This document shows positions 1-9,396 of a stretch of DNA of 64,000 nt, in pieces. A model generated the notes under the pieces. That model had not been told where the DNA came from, ran no database searches, and was given only the letters and a program-made list of their open reading frames with translations. The DNA is taken from assembly GCA_965226465.1 (NCBI GenBank), contig OZ245362.1, positions 769,931 to 833,930 of the forward strand, in the 5' to 3' direction. This stretch comes from Parvibaculaceae bacterium (lineage in GTDB: Bacteria; Pseudomonadota; Alphaproteobacteria; RS24; CBDDDD01). Every line of letters starts with the position of its first letter. Positions within the stretch are counted from its first letter, which is position 1. Both the position numbers and the translations under genes were made by a program.

Positions 1-1
1 C

Positions 2-274
2 CAACCCATATGGGTCAATCTACACCTAGAAGTCCTACAGCCCCCCCGCCCACAAAAACTAAGCGAGGTCGTCTGTTACGAGCAAATAAGCAAAAAGCTG
101 GAGGCGTTGGTAAGCCAAAGACATATTGATTTCCTTGAAACCCTAGCAGATGAAATGGCAAGCCTTTGCCTAGAAGATGAAAGAGTCCTTGCCGTCAAAA
201 TCCGCATAGAAAAGCCCAAAGCCCTCACTTCCGCCACAGCCTGCGGCGTTGAGATTAAGAGGAGGCGTTCTTAA
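2..274 (+). CDS. folB: dihydroneopterin aldolase, C-terminal fragment (5' end outside window)
   Basis: Frame is open from the window edge to TAA at 272-274. Hand translation ...HIDFLETLADEMASLCLEDERVLAVKIRIEKPKALTSATACGVEIKRRRS resembles FolB C-termini. Confidence 0.6.
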   Translation, partial: QPIWVNLHLEVLQPPRPQKLSEVVCYEQISKKLEALVSQRHIDFLETLADEMASLCLEDERVLAVKIRIEKPKALTSATACGVEIKRRRS

Positions 275-280
275 AGGAAA

Positions 281-2122
281 ATGACCACAAAACCCCCCAT
301 AAGCGGCGCCGAGTGTATTGCTGAAAAGAGCAGGAATATAGGCACGGCTTCGGGCGTCTATCGCATGCTGGATAAAAATGGCGATGTTATCTATATCGGC
401 AAAGCCAAAAACCTAAAGAACCGCATAAAAAACTACACCCGATTGGAAGGGCACCCCAAACGCATAGCCCGCATGATATACGCCACCCATGACATGGAGT
501 TCATCACCACCGATGATGAGAATGAGGCGCTATTACTGGAAGCAAGCCTCATTAAAAAACTTCGCCCGCCCTATAATATTTTACTCCGCGACGATAAATC
601 CTTCCCCTATATCCTCATCGCCCACGACCATGAAGCCCCCCAAATCTTAAAACACAGAGGCGCCCAAAAACGAAAAGGAAATTATTTCGGACCCTTCTCC
701 TCAGGGCGCGCCGTCAATGAAACCATGAGCGCATTGGAGCGCGCCTTCTTACTGCGCTCCTGCTCGGATAGCGTCTATGCAAACCGCCAACGCCCCTGCC
801 TCCTCTATCAGATAAAACGCTGCTCCGCCCCCTGCACCGGCGAAATATCGCTCAAGGAATATGGCAAATTAGTGGAGCAAGCCGCCCGCTTTTTAAGCGG
901 CAAAAAAAGAGAATTGCAGCAAAAATTAGGAAAAGAAATGCAAGAAGCCAGCCAAGCCGAACGCTTTGAACAAGCCGCCCGCCTTCGCGATAGAATAACC
1001 GCCCTCACCCAAGTTCAAGCCAGCCAAACCATCCACATAAAGAGCCTCCAAAATGCCGATATTATGGCACTGGCACAAAGGGAGGGCAAAAGCTGTATAC
1101 AGATTTTTTTCTATCGCCATGGTCAAAACCTCGGCAGTCACGCCTATTTCCCCCGCCACGCCCCCCATGCGGGAGCGGAGGAAATATTAACCGCCAGCAT
1201 AAGCCAGTTTTACCAAACCCATAGCCTACCCCGCCATATTATATTGAGCCATTCCTTACCAGAACAAAAATGGCTGGAGCACGCCCTCAACCAAATAGCA
1301 AAACACAAAGTTTCCATAATCACACCCAGAATGGGGGATAAGAAAAGCCTTATCCTGCTTGCACAAAAAAACGCCCATCACCAACTTATCCGCAAGCAAA
1401 ACCAGCAAACCCAACAAAAGACATTACTGGCATTGCTCCAAAAAAAACTGGGGCTGAAAAAACCCATAAAGCGCATAGAGGTTTATGATAACAGCCATTT
1501 GCAGTCTACCAATGCAATAGGAGCGATGATTGTTGCCGGCGAGCAAGGTTTTGAAAAGCGCGCCTATCGCAAATTCACAATAAAAAACCCCGAACATTGC
1601 GGCAATGACACCGCCATGATGGAAGAAGTATTAACAAGACGACTACAAAGAGCAAAAAAAGAAAACACCATATTACCCGACATCATCCTATTGGATGGCG
1701 GCAAGGGACAAGTAGGCATAGCCGAAAAAACCCTAAACACGTTAGGCATAAAAAACATATCACTCCTCGCCATAGCAAAAGGGGAAAACAGAAATGCAGG
1801 CAAAGAAAGATTTTACCTACCAAAAGGAAAAAGCTTTCAATTGGAAGAAAGAGACACCCTGCTTTATTTTCTCCAACGCCTTCGCGATGAGGCGCACCGT
1901 TTTGCGATAAGCACCCATCGGGCAAAGCGCAAAAAAGCCATGCAATCCAATCCGCTGGATGAAATAGAAGGCATAGGCAATAAGCGCAAAAAGGCACTGC
2001 TTCACCATTTCGGCTCTGCCAAAGCAGTATCGCAAGCGAGCATAAAGGATATAGAAAGGGTTGAAGGGATACATAAAACTATGGCAGAAACAATTTATAG
2101 ATATTTTCACGAAAGAGAGTAA
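281..2122 (+). CDS. uvrC: excinuclease ABC subunit C
   Basis: 613 aa. N-terminal GIY-YIG motif (VYRMLDKNGDVIYIGKAKNLKNRIKNY), a UVR-like segment (FEQAARLRDRITAL) and a C-terminal HhH region. Confidence 0.95.
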   Translation: MTTKPPISGAECIAEKSRNIGTASGVYRMLDKNGDVIYIGKAKNLKNRIKNYTRLEGHPKRIARMIYATHDMEFITTDDENEALLLEASLIKKLRPPYNILLRDDKSFPYILIAHDHEAPQILKHRGAQKRKGNYFGPFSSGRAVNETMSALERAFLLRSCSDSVYANRQRPCLLYQIKRCSAPCTGEISLKEYGKLVEQAARFLSGKKRELQQKLGKEMQEASQAERFEQAARLRDRITALTQVQASQTIHIKSLQNADIMALAQREGKSCIQIFFYRHGQNLGSHAYFPRHAPHAGAEEILTASISQFYQTHSLPRHIILSHSLPEQKWLEHALNQIAKHKVSIITPRMGDKKSLILLAQKNAHHQLIRKQNQQTQQKTLLALLQKKLGLKKPIKRIEVYDNSHLQSTNAIGAMIVAGEQGFEKRAYRKFTIKNPEHCGNDTAMMEEVLTRRLQRAKKENTILPDIILLDGGKGQVGIAEKTLNTLGIKNISLLAIAKGENRNAGKERFYLPKGKSFQLEERDTLLYFLQRLRDEAHRFAISTHRAKRKKAMQSNPLDEIEGIGNKRKKALLHHFGSAKAVSQASIKDIERVEGIHKTMAETIYRYFHERE

Positions 2123-2131
2123 AGAATAGCC

Positions 2132-2704
2132 ATGCGTCAAATACCGAACCTGCTTACCCTTTCGCGCATAGCGTTACTTCCTGTGATTTTTGTTTTATTT
2201 TTTGCGCCCATTCCCGGCGCCCGCTGGATGGCATTGGCGATATATTGCCTTGCCAGCATTACGGATTTTTTTGATGGTTTTCTTGCCCGCAAATATAATG
2301 TGCAATCTTCCTTCGGAGCGATGCTGGACCCGATAGCGGATAAGCTCATCATTGCGACCATATTATTGCTTGTTGTGGCAGACGGCACCTTGCCAAGCGT
2401 TCACCTGCCTGCGATTGTAATCATTCTTTGCCGAGAATTACTGGTATCGGGCATGAGGGAATATTTGGCACAATTGCGGATAAGCTTACCGGTGAGTAAA
2501 TTGGCAAAAATAAAAACGGCATTTCAACTTATCGCCATAGGATTTCTGGTATTGGGACCTTCAGGCGACATCATATTCCGCCACACCGTATTTTTCGGAA
2601 GCATATTATTATGGGGAGCCGCCATATTAACCCTAATCACAGGCTATGATTATTGGCGCGTTGCTTGGCGGGAGCAGGAAAAGAGCAAGGGGCAGAAAAA
2701 GTGA
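2132..2704 (+). CDS. pgsA: CDP-diacylglycerol--glycerol-3-phosphate 3-phosphatidyltransferase
   Basis: 190 aa polytopic membrane protein with the CDP-alcohol phosphatidyltransferase motif DFFDGFLARK...GAMLDPIADK. Confidence 0.9.
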   Translation: MRQIPNLLTLSRIALLPVIFVLFFAPIPGARWMALAIYCLASITDFFDGFLARKYNVQSSFGAMLDPIADKLIIATILLLVVADGTLPSVHLPAIVIILCRELLVSGMREYLAQLRISLPVSKLAKIKTAFQLIAIGFLVLGPSGDIIFRHTVFFGSILLWGAAILTLITGYDYWRVAWREQEKSKGQKK

Positions 2705-2952
2705 TTCACCTTATTTATTTTGCCAAGCTTCGCAGTGTCTTAGGCAAGGCGGAGGAAAAGATGGAGCTTCCCAATGAAGTTTCTTCCATAGAGGATTTAC
2801 AAAACTATTTACAAAGCAAAGGCGGCATATATGAGCAAGCCTTTTCCGAGCCTGGACTTGCCGCGGCAATAAATTGCTGCCATGCCGATAAACAAAGCCC
2901 CGTCCATGATTTGGACGAGATAGCCTTTTTCCCCCCCATTATGGGAGGATAG
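2701..2952 (+). CDS. moaD: molybdopterin synthase sulfur-carrier subunit MoaD
   Basis: GTG at 2701 overlaps the pgsA stop (GTGA). The 83-aa product ends in the diagnostic C-terminal GG (FFPPIMGG) and lies directly upstream of moaE. The ATG at 2653 in the track would overlap pgsA. Confidence 0.8.
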   Translation: MIHLIYFAKLRSVLGKAEEKMELPNEVSSIEDLQNYLQSKGGIYEQAFSEPGLAAAINCCHADKQSPVHDLDEIAFFPPIMGG

Positions 2953-2957
2953 CCTCC

Positions 2958-3371
2958 ATGATAAAACTGCAATCAGAGCCTTTTTCCGCCCAAAAGGAAT
3001 TAAACGCTTTTCGCAAATCACATGGCACAATAGGTGCGCTGGCAAGCTTTGAAGGCTTTGTAAGAGGGGAAGATAAAGGCGAGCAAGTCCTTGCTTTGGA
3101 GATAGAGCATTACCCCAAAATGTGCGAGCAGGAATTGGAGCGCATAGGCGAGGCGGCAAAAGATAAATTTGGCTTGCAGGATTATCTCATTATACACCGT
3201 TTCGGGCGCATAGAAAAAGGCGAGCCAATTGTTCTGGTATCAGCCACCGCCCGCCACCGCAAACCAGCAATTGGCGCAGTGGAGATGATGATAGATTACA
3301 TCAAAACCCACGCCCCCTTTTGGAAGCAACAAGAAACAAAAAACGGCAAAAGCTGGCTCAGCCCCGACTAG
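2958..3371 (+). CDS. moaE: molybdopterin synthase catalytic subunit MoaE
   Basis: 137 aa with MoaE-like sequence (GALASFEGFVRG..., HRKPAIGAVEMMIDYIKTHAPFWK), paired with moaD. Confidence 0.9.
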   Translation: MIKLQSEPFSAQKELNAFRKSHGTIGALASFEGFVRGEDKGEQVLALEIEHYPKMCEQELERIGEAAKDKFGLQDYLIIHRFGRIEKGEPIVLVSATARHRKPAIGAVEMMIDYIKTHAPFWKQQETKNGKSWLSPD

Positions 3372-4243
3372 AAGCTCCGCACAAGCGCACTATATTCTTC
3401 CATAAGCTTTTTGGTGATATCACCAATCTGAAAGCGATGCTCCCCAATCTCAGAAACAGGCGTCACCTCAGCAGCCGTTCCGGTGATAAAGCATTGCTCA
3501 AACTTGCCCATTTCATCAGGCATAATAACCCGCTCAGTAACCACAATCCCCGCCGCCCTTGCAAGCTCTATGACCGCCCGCCTGGTAATCCCATCCAAAA
3601 AGCAGTCCGGAATAGGCGTATGGATAACCCCCTCCTCATCAATAAAGAAAATATTCGCCCCCGTTGTTTCAGCAATATAGCCCCGATAATCAAGCATAAG
3701 AGCGTCGGCATAGCCTTCCGCCTCTGCGCGATGTTTTTCAATGGTGCATATCATATAAAGACCGGCAGCCTTTCCATGGCATGGTGCCGTTTCGGGCGAT
3801 GGGCGACGATATTGCGCCATGCTGAGGCGAATGCCTTTCATTTTTTGCTCAGGGTCAAAATAAGAAGGCCACTCCCAAGCGGCAATGGCAACATGGATTT
3901 TATTTTTCTGCGCCGATACCCCCAGCATCTCACTACCCCGCCATATGATGGGGCGAAGATACCCATCATCCAGCTTTTGCGTCTTGATAATCTCCTTACA
4001 CGCCGCCTCCAATTGCTGCGGACTATAGGGGACTTTCATCTGCAATGTTTCCGCCGAAAAAAACAGGCGTTCAATATGCTCGCTTAGCTTAAAGATATGC
4101 CCATTATAGGAGCGTGCGCCCTCAAAGACGGCACTGGCATAATGCAACGCATGGGAAAGCACATGAAGCTTAGCATCACGCCAAGGAATGGTTTCCCCAT
4201 CCATCCAAATATATCCATCACGTTGGTCAAAACTGGATGTCAT
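3368..4243 (-). CDS. ilvE: branched-chain amino acid aminotransferase
   Basis: 291 aa fold-type IV aminotransferase (HALHYASAVFEGARSY..., ETTGANIFF..., ITRRAVIELA). Confidence 0.9.
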   Translation of the reverse strand: MTSSFDQRDGYIWMDGETIPWRDAKLHVLSHALHYASAVFEGARSYNGHIFKLSEHIERLFFSAETLQMKVPYSPQQLEAACKEIIKTQKLDDGYLRPIIWRGSEMLGVSAQKNKIHVAIAAWEWPSYFDPEQKMKGIRLSMAQYRRPSPETAPCHGKAAGLYMICTIEKHRAEAEGYADALMLDYRGYIAETTGANIFFIDEEGVIHTPIPDCFLDGITRRAVIELARAAGIVVTERVIMPDEMGKFEQCFITGTAAEVTPVSEIGEHRFQIGDITKKLMEEYSALVRSF

Positions 4244-4359
4244 TTTTCCCTATCTCCTGCAGTAAAAAGGTTTTTTGGGGTAGCATTTTCTATAAAATAA
4301 GTCAATAAAGCTGACATAAATGCCTGACCATGATAGCATGAGAAGAAGCGGAGGCGATA

Positions 4360-4848
4360 ATGCAGACAAAACAGGAAACCCATTCCCCTTCCAATGTGAA
4401 GACGGCTCCCAATGAGGAGGATTTGACAAGGGCGATAGAGATGCTTTTTTTTGCCTATCGTGATTTTGTGACCCTATCGGACAGCCTGCTAAGCGAATAT
4501 GGTTTTGGCAGGGCGCACCACCGCATATTGCATTTTGTTTTGCGCCATAAAGGGATAAGCGTTGCCAATTTACTGGGCATATTACAGATTACGAAGCAAA
4601 GCTTGGCACGTGTTTTGCGCGAATTAATTGAGAGCGGCTATATTGAGCAGCAAATGGGAGAAAAAGACCGCCGCAAAAGGCTTCTCTTTCTGACCACAAA
4701 AGGGGAGGTGCTGGCAAACAAGCTTTTATCCTTGCAACAGCAGCAATTACGAGAAGCCCTTTCACAGACCGGTCCCCTTCTTTTCACCCATTGGCAAGAT
4801 TTCATGCAAGCCCTATGCAAGGAGGATTACCCATTACCAAGCCGATAG
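4360..4848 (+). CDS. MarR family transcriptional regulator
   Basis: 162 aa with a winged-HTH MarR pattern (ISVANLLGILQITKQSLARVLRELIESGYIEQ...DRRKRLLFLTTKG). Confidence 0.8.
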   Translation: MQTKQETHSPSNVKTAPNEEDLTRAIEMLFFAYRDFVTLSDSLLSEYGFGRAHHRILHFVLRHKGISVANLLGILQITKQSLARVLRELIESGYIEQQMGEKDRRKRLLFLTTKGEVLANKLLSLQQQQLREALSQTGPLLFTHWQDFMQALCKEDYPLPSR

Positions 4849-5537
4849 ATGAGGATACGCCGCATATTTTAATCATTGATGATGATATGCGCATCCGTGA
4901 TTTACTGAAGGAATATTTGCATGCGGAAGGTTTTCGCGTAAGCGGAGCCGCCAATGCAGAGGCTGCGCGCAATCTCATGAAGACCTTGCGTTTTGATTTA
5001 CTGGTTTTGGATGTGATGATGCCGGGCGAGAGCGGCTTGGATTTAACCAAGAGCTTGAGAGAGATATCCAATAATGTGCCAATCATCCTCCTCACCGCAA
5101 AGCGCAGCACCCAAGAGCGCATAGAGGGCTTTGACATGGGCGCCGATGATTATCTCCCCAAGCCCTTTGAGCCAAAAGAGCTCCTCATGCGCATTCAGGC
5201 AATATTGCGCCGAGCGCAGATAGAAACAGGTCGTCCAATTGCCGATAATGTTTATTTTGGCGACTGCACCTATTCAACCAAAGACAGCCTGCTTAGCAAA
5301 AATGACAAAACGGTACAATTAACGACAAGGGAAAGGGCGATATTGCATATATTAGCCCTTCATGGCGGCGAGGTGGTAAGCCGGGCGAGGCTCATTGAAG
5401 AGGATAACACTTCACGCCGCAGCATAGATGTTCACATAACCCGCCTTCGTCGCAAGATTGAAAATAATCCCAAAGAGCCTGTTTTACTTCAAACCATTCG
5501 CCAAAAAGGCTATATATTACATATAAAAGAGAAGTAA
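4815..5537 (+). CDS. OmpR-family two-component response regulator
   Basis: Receiver domain (ILIIDDD...LLVLDVMMPG...ILLTAK) plus a winged-helix output domain (IDVHITRLRRKIE...IQTIRQKGYIL). The start is uncertain. ATG 4815 is used here, but a strong AAGGAGGA at 4819-4826 would better serve the in-frame ATT at 4833. Confidence 0.85.
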   Translation: MQGGLPITKPIDEDTPHILIIDDDMRIRDLLKEYLHAEGFRVSGAANAEAARNLMKTLRFDLLVLDVMMPGESGLDLTKSLREISNNVPIILLTAKRSTQERIEGFDMGADDYLPKPFEPKELLMRIQAILRRAQIETGRPIADNVYFGDCTYSTKDSLLSKNDKTVQLTTRERAILHILALHGGEVVSRARLIEEDNTSRRSIDVHITRLRRKIENNPKEPVLLQTIRQKGYILHIKEK

Positions 5538-5555
5538 GAAACGAGTATCCCCCCC

Positions 5556-6899
5556 ATGCATTTCCCCAATCCATTTTTTTTCCTGAAGCGCTATATGCCA
5601 AAAAAGCTATATGGACGCTCGCTTATGATTGTAGTCGCTCCGATAGTGCTGCTTCAAATCGCCATTGGTTTTGTTTTTATGGAACGCCATTGGACAAGAG
5701 TGACCGAGCGCTTATCCGAAACGGTTGTGCGCGAAACAGGCATGTTAATTGCCTTATATGAGCGCTATCCCGACATTTTCTCTTCACAGCTTGGCAATGA
5801 GATAGAGGAGATGCTGGGCATGCATATCTCCTTCAGCAAGGGGACGAGCTTATTGCCTTCTGCCACGGAGCCGATTATTTCTCTTTTGGACAGGACCTTA
5901 AAAAAGGAATTATCCAGCACCATTACCCGCCCCTTTCGCATAGATACTACGGGACATAAACGCTTTGTTCGTGTGGATATATTGCTGGATGGCAAGATTA
6001 TGCATATCAGCGTTTTGCGAAGCCGTGCCTATGCGACCAATTCGCATATTTTTCTGGTCTGGATGATATTCTCCTCCCTGCTTTTATTGACCGTTTCCAT
6101 ATTATTTCTACGCAATCAAATCCGCCCCATTGAAAAGCTGGCACGTGCCGCCCAAGCATTTGGCATGGGGCGCAAGGGCGGCAATTTTACACCGGGCGGG
6201 GCTACAGAAATACGCCGTGCTGGCTTGGCTTTTCTGCAAATGCGCACCCGCATAGAGCGCCATATACAACAGCGCACCATCATGCTTGCCAGCGTCAGCC
6301 ATGATTTACGAACGCCCCTCACCCGCTTCAAGCTGCAATTGGAAATGATGAAAAAAAACAAGGAGACCGAGCAATATGTCACCTCTCTGCAAAAGGATGT
6401 AGTACAGATGGAAACCATGCTGGAGGATTATCTCTCCTTTTCCCGTGGTGCGCAGATTGAACGCTCGCAAAGCTGTAATATGGAGGAGATATTGAAAGAT
6501 GTTGCCAAAGGGGCAAAGCAGCATTTCGGTATTCATGTCCATGTAGAATCGGTAGGCAATTTAACGGTTTTGGTCAAAGGGGAAGCGATGAAAAGAGCGA
6601 TTACCAATCTCATCCATAATGCCTGCAAATATGGCAAAAAAATAAATGTCCATGCCGAGATAAAGGAGAAGCTTTTATCCATCATTGTAGATGATGACGG
6701 ACCGGGCGTATCCAAAGAGGATTATGAGGCGATATTAAGCCCCTTTGGTCGTGCCGATATTGCCCGCAATCAGGATGCAGGTGGCACCGGTCTTGGGCTA
6801 AGCATAAGTCAGGATATTGCCCGCAATCATGGCGGCGATTTACACCTCTCGCAAAGCCCACTTGGCGGCTTGCGCACCAAAATTACCATTCCCGTATAA
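5556..6899 (+). CDS. EnvZ-like sensor histidine kinase
   Basis: 447 aa with two TM segments, a HAMP-like linker, an H-box (SHDLRTPLTR) and an HATPase_c domain (N, DDDGPG and GTGLGLS boxes). It follows the response regulator. Confidence 0.9.
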   Translation: MHFPNPFFFLKRYMPKKLYGRSLMIVVAPIVLLQIAIGFVFMERHWTRVTERLSETVVRETGMLIALYERYPDIFSSQLGNEIEEMLGMHISFSKGTSLLPSATEPIISLLDRTLKKELSSTITRPFRIDTTGHKRFVRVDILLDGKIMHISVLRSRAYATNSHIFLVWMIFSSLLLLTVSILFLRNQIRPIEKLARAAQAFGMGRKGGNFTPGGATEIRRAGLAFLQMRTRIERHIQQRTIMLASVSHDLRTPLTRFKLQLEMMKKNKETEQYVTSLQKDVVQMETMLEDYLSFSRGAQIERSQSCNMEEILKDVAKGAKQHFGIHVHVESVGNLTVLVKGEAMKRAITNLIHNACKYGKKINVHAEIKEKLLSIIVDDDGPGVSKEDYEAILSPFGRADIARNQDAGGTGLGLSISQDIARNHGGDLHLSQSPLGGLRTKITIPV

Positions 6900-6901
6900 A
6901 C

Positions 6902-7723
6902 CTATTTCCCGCGCAATTCCTGCGAGCGTTTGGCGGCGGCTTTGGTAGCTTTTTCCATAAGCTTTTTCAACCCCTCCCCCTCCATAAAAACCCGCAAAGC
7001 AGCCTCCGTTGTACCCTGTGGCGAGGTAACATTTTCACGAAGCTGGGCGGGCGTTGTAGAAGAAAGGCGCAGCATTTCACCCGCCCCGATAATCGTCTGG
7101 CGAGCATATTGACTTGCCTGCTCAGAAGAAAGCCCCAGCCCCTCACCCGCTTGGGCAAGACACTCAGCGAGATAAAATACATAAGCAGGACCAGAGCCGC
7201 TAATGGCGGTTGCTGCATCCATATCCGCCTCCTCCGCCCAAGATAGCATGCCAACCGCCTCCAATAAAAACTGCAATATTTCCTTTTGAGCGGCGTTCAA
7301 CTCCTGCTTTACCGCCGCCACAGACATAGCCTGCCCGACACTGGCAGGAATATTGGGCATGACCCGCACCCATTGGGCAGGGGTGTACCCCTCCAGCCTA
7401 TCCAAAGATATGCCCGCAAGAATAGAAACAAAAACAGCATTGGACGCCAACGCCTTATATTGGGAAATAATCTCCGCATGCTGAGGCTTAATAGCAAAAA
7501 AGACAAAATCAAAAGAGCTTTTGGAAAGCACCTCCTTTGACGGATTGAGATGACAATTTTTGCCGATACTTTCCCGCAAAGCAGGCGAAGGGTCAGGTTC
7601 ACAAATATATATATTATCACCTGCAAGCCCAGCTTTCAGCCACCCCTCCACAAGGCTCGCCCCCATCATACCGCCCCCCACAAGCAAAAGAGAAGGAGAT
7701 ATAAAGCGTTTAGGCATCACCAT
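6902..7723 (-). CDS. proC: pyrroline-5-carboxylate reductase
   Basis: 273 aa with an N-terminal Rossmann motif (LLLVGGGMMGASL) and the C-terminal ProC signature (VTSPQGTTEAAL). Confidence 0.9.
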   Translation of the reverse strand: MVMPKRFISPSLLLVGGGMMGASLVEGWLKAGLAGDNIYICEPDPSPALRESIGKNCHLNPSKEVLSKSSFDFVFFAIKPQHAEIISQYKALASNAVFVSILAGISLDRLEGYTPAQWVRVMPNIPASVGQAMSVAAVKQELNAAQKEILQFLLEAVGMLSWAEEADMDAATAISGSGPAYVFYLAECLAQAGEGLGLSSEQASQYARQTIIGAGEMLRLSSTTPAQLRENVTSPQGTTEAALRVFMEGEGLKKLMEKATKAAAKRSQELRGK

Positions 7724-8198
7724 GTATTTCCAATATAGAGTTTGCCAATGCGTCTTTTGGCGAAAGCCCGCCCCAAATCACAAACTGAAAAGCAGGATAA
7801 TACCGCTCACAGCAATCAACCGCATGAGCAAGCAGCCCCTCACATTGCGGCTCAGTCAAAGAAGGTCCTCCCACAAGCAAGGTATTTTTGAACAAAATAT
7901 CCCCCTGCTCCGAGCAAAGAGCAAAGCTTCCCAACCAAAGCTGCTCATTAATAAGAGAGAGCAGCTCATGGATAGCGGTTTTTTGTTCTTTGGGTATTTT
8001 TGTTCCCAATATGCAGCCGAGATGAAGCCCCCCCAGATCCGTCCGCCAACTTGCGGAAAGATGAAAATCGGCAATGGCACCGGGAACATAAATATTGGCT
8101 TCATCCTCATTGCCCCGCTCACAAATCCATTCTCGCCTTGCGGCGATATGTTCAACGAGGTCAATAGGATGGTCATGGATGGATGGATGTTGATACAT
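7710..8198 (-). CDS. YbjN domain-containing protein
   Basis: 162 aa, acidic and cytoplasmic. It resembles the YbjN-family proteins commonly found upstream of proC in alphaproteobacteria. Assignment is from memory of the family, not from a search. Confidence 0.6.
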   Translation of the reverse strand: MYQHPSIHDHPIDLVEHIAARREWICERGNEDEANIYVPGAIADFHLSASWRTDLGGLHLGCILGTKIPKEQKTAIHELLSLINEQLWLGSFALCSEQGDILFKNTLLVGGPSLTEPQCEGLLAHAVDCCERYYPAFQFVIWGGLSPKDALANSILEIHGDA

Positions 8199-8312
8199 AT
8201 CTTAGCTTCCCCTGCTTTCAATTAGATATGCACCCATATTGGGCTGAGTCGCCCCCAAGCGGGAATAAAAAATACAATGGATATTTTCTTATCCACAAAT
8301 ATATGAGGGGGC

Positions 8313-8522
8313 TTATTTTTTATCTTTTTTTTCCAATGCCTCCAAGCGCTCCATAAGGGCTTCCAGCTCCTCTCTTCGGACGAGATGCATACGCTCTATG
8401 ATTCGGGCAAGCTGGTGCTCAAGGGCGGTTTCGGCTTCCTCACGCAATCCCTCCCCTGCACTTGCAACACTGCCTGCGAGCTTTGCTAAATCATCTAACA
8501 TACGCTTTGGGCTATCGGACAT
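8313..8522 (-). CDS. ubiK: UbiK/YqiC-family accessory factor (coiled-coil)
   Basis: Start was moved to ATG at 8522, which is preceded by AGGAGA. The 69-aa product MSDSPKRMLDDLAKLAG...MHLVRREELEALMERLEALE matches the YqiC/BMFP pattern. Confidence 0.65.
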   Translation of the reverse strand: MSDSPKRMLDDLAKLAGSVASAGEGLREEAETALEHQLARIIERMHLVRREELEALMERLEALEKKDKK

Positions 8523-8592
8523 GATGTTCTCCTTTATGAATAATGGAAACTCTATATTGCGCTCATAAGGATTTATCGGCAAGCTTAGAGTT

Positions 8593-9396
8593 ATGAGCTG
8601 GCAGGATTTTGCAACGCGGGTAATGAGCGATCCGGTATTTTTTTCTTTAGGCGTTTTTGAAATACGCTGGTATGCGCTTTCCTATATTCTGGGTTTGGTT
8701 TTAGGCTTTCTCTATATTGGCGTTTTGGCGAAGAGGCAAGGCTTTGCGCCCAGCCCTGAGTGGCGCGATAAGCTTCTGCTCTATGTGACGATAGGCATTA
8801 TTATAGGCGGCAGGCTCGGCTATGTTCTGTTTTATCATTTCTCCTTTTACCTCTCGCACCCGCTAGAGGCTTTCATGATATGGCAGGGCGGCATGAGTTT
8901 TCACGGCGGGCTTTTTGGAGCTTCCCTTGGTGTCTTTTTCTGTGCGAGGCGTTTATCCGTGCCCTTTCTCCCCATCATGGATTTTGTCGCCGCCGCCGCC
9001 CCAATAGGCTTGTTTTTCGGGCGCATTGCCAATTTCATCAATGGAGAATTATGGGGTCGGATAAGCGATGCCCCCTGGGCAATTATTTTTCCTATGGCAG
9101 ACGAACACCCCCGCCACCCAAGCCAACTTTACGAAGCAGGCGCCGAAGGCTTACTATTATTCCTCATATTATGGCTGATAATCGCACGAGGCGGACTTGC
9201 CATAAGAGGTCTGATATCAGGTTTATTCCTATGCCTTTATAGCCTGGCACGCTTTGCAATTGAGCTTGTTCGCGAACCCGACAGCCATCTTGGTTTTCTC
9301 TTTGGAGAGGCGACCATGGGCATGGTTTTATGCCTTCCCATGCTGGTGCTTGGTATTTTGGTTTTATGCTATGGGGCAAAGAGGCGCAATGGATAG
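8593..9396 (+). CDS. lgt: prolipoprotein diacylglyceryl transferase
   Basis: 267 aa polytopic protein with Lgt motifs (IRWYALSYILG, GGMSFHGGLFG, GRIANFINGELWGR, HPSQLYE). Confidence 0.95.
   Translation: MSWQDFATRVMSDPVFFSLGVFEIRWYALSYILGLVLGFLYIGVLAKRQGFAPSPEWRDKLLLYVTIGIIIGGRLGYVLFYHFSFYLSHPLEAFMIWQGGMSFHGGLFGASLGVFFCARRLSVPFLPIMDFVAAAAPIGLFFGRIANFINGELWGRISDAPWAIIFPMADEHPRHPSQLYEAGAEGLLLFLILWLIIARGGLAIRGLISGLFLCLYSLARFAIELVREPDSHLGFLFGEATMGMVLCLPMLVLGILVLCYGAKRRNG

Noticed and set aside
3320-4087. 255-aa plus-strand ORF
   Set aside because: It is entirely antisense to the well-supported ilvE gene. The product is Arg/Leu/Pro-rich low-information sequence typical of the shadow frame of a real gene.
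8880-9242. 120-aa ORF inside lgt (Arg-rich)
   Set aside because: It is an alternative frame of the clearly conserved lgt gene, with Arg/Pro-rich shadow composition.
9254-9388. Upstream extension of the MidA-like methyltransferase ORF
   Set aside because: It overlaps the last 140 nt of lgt in another frame. The internal ATG 9389 overlaps the lgt stop and begins the conserved region.
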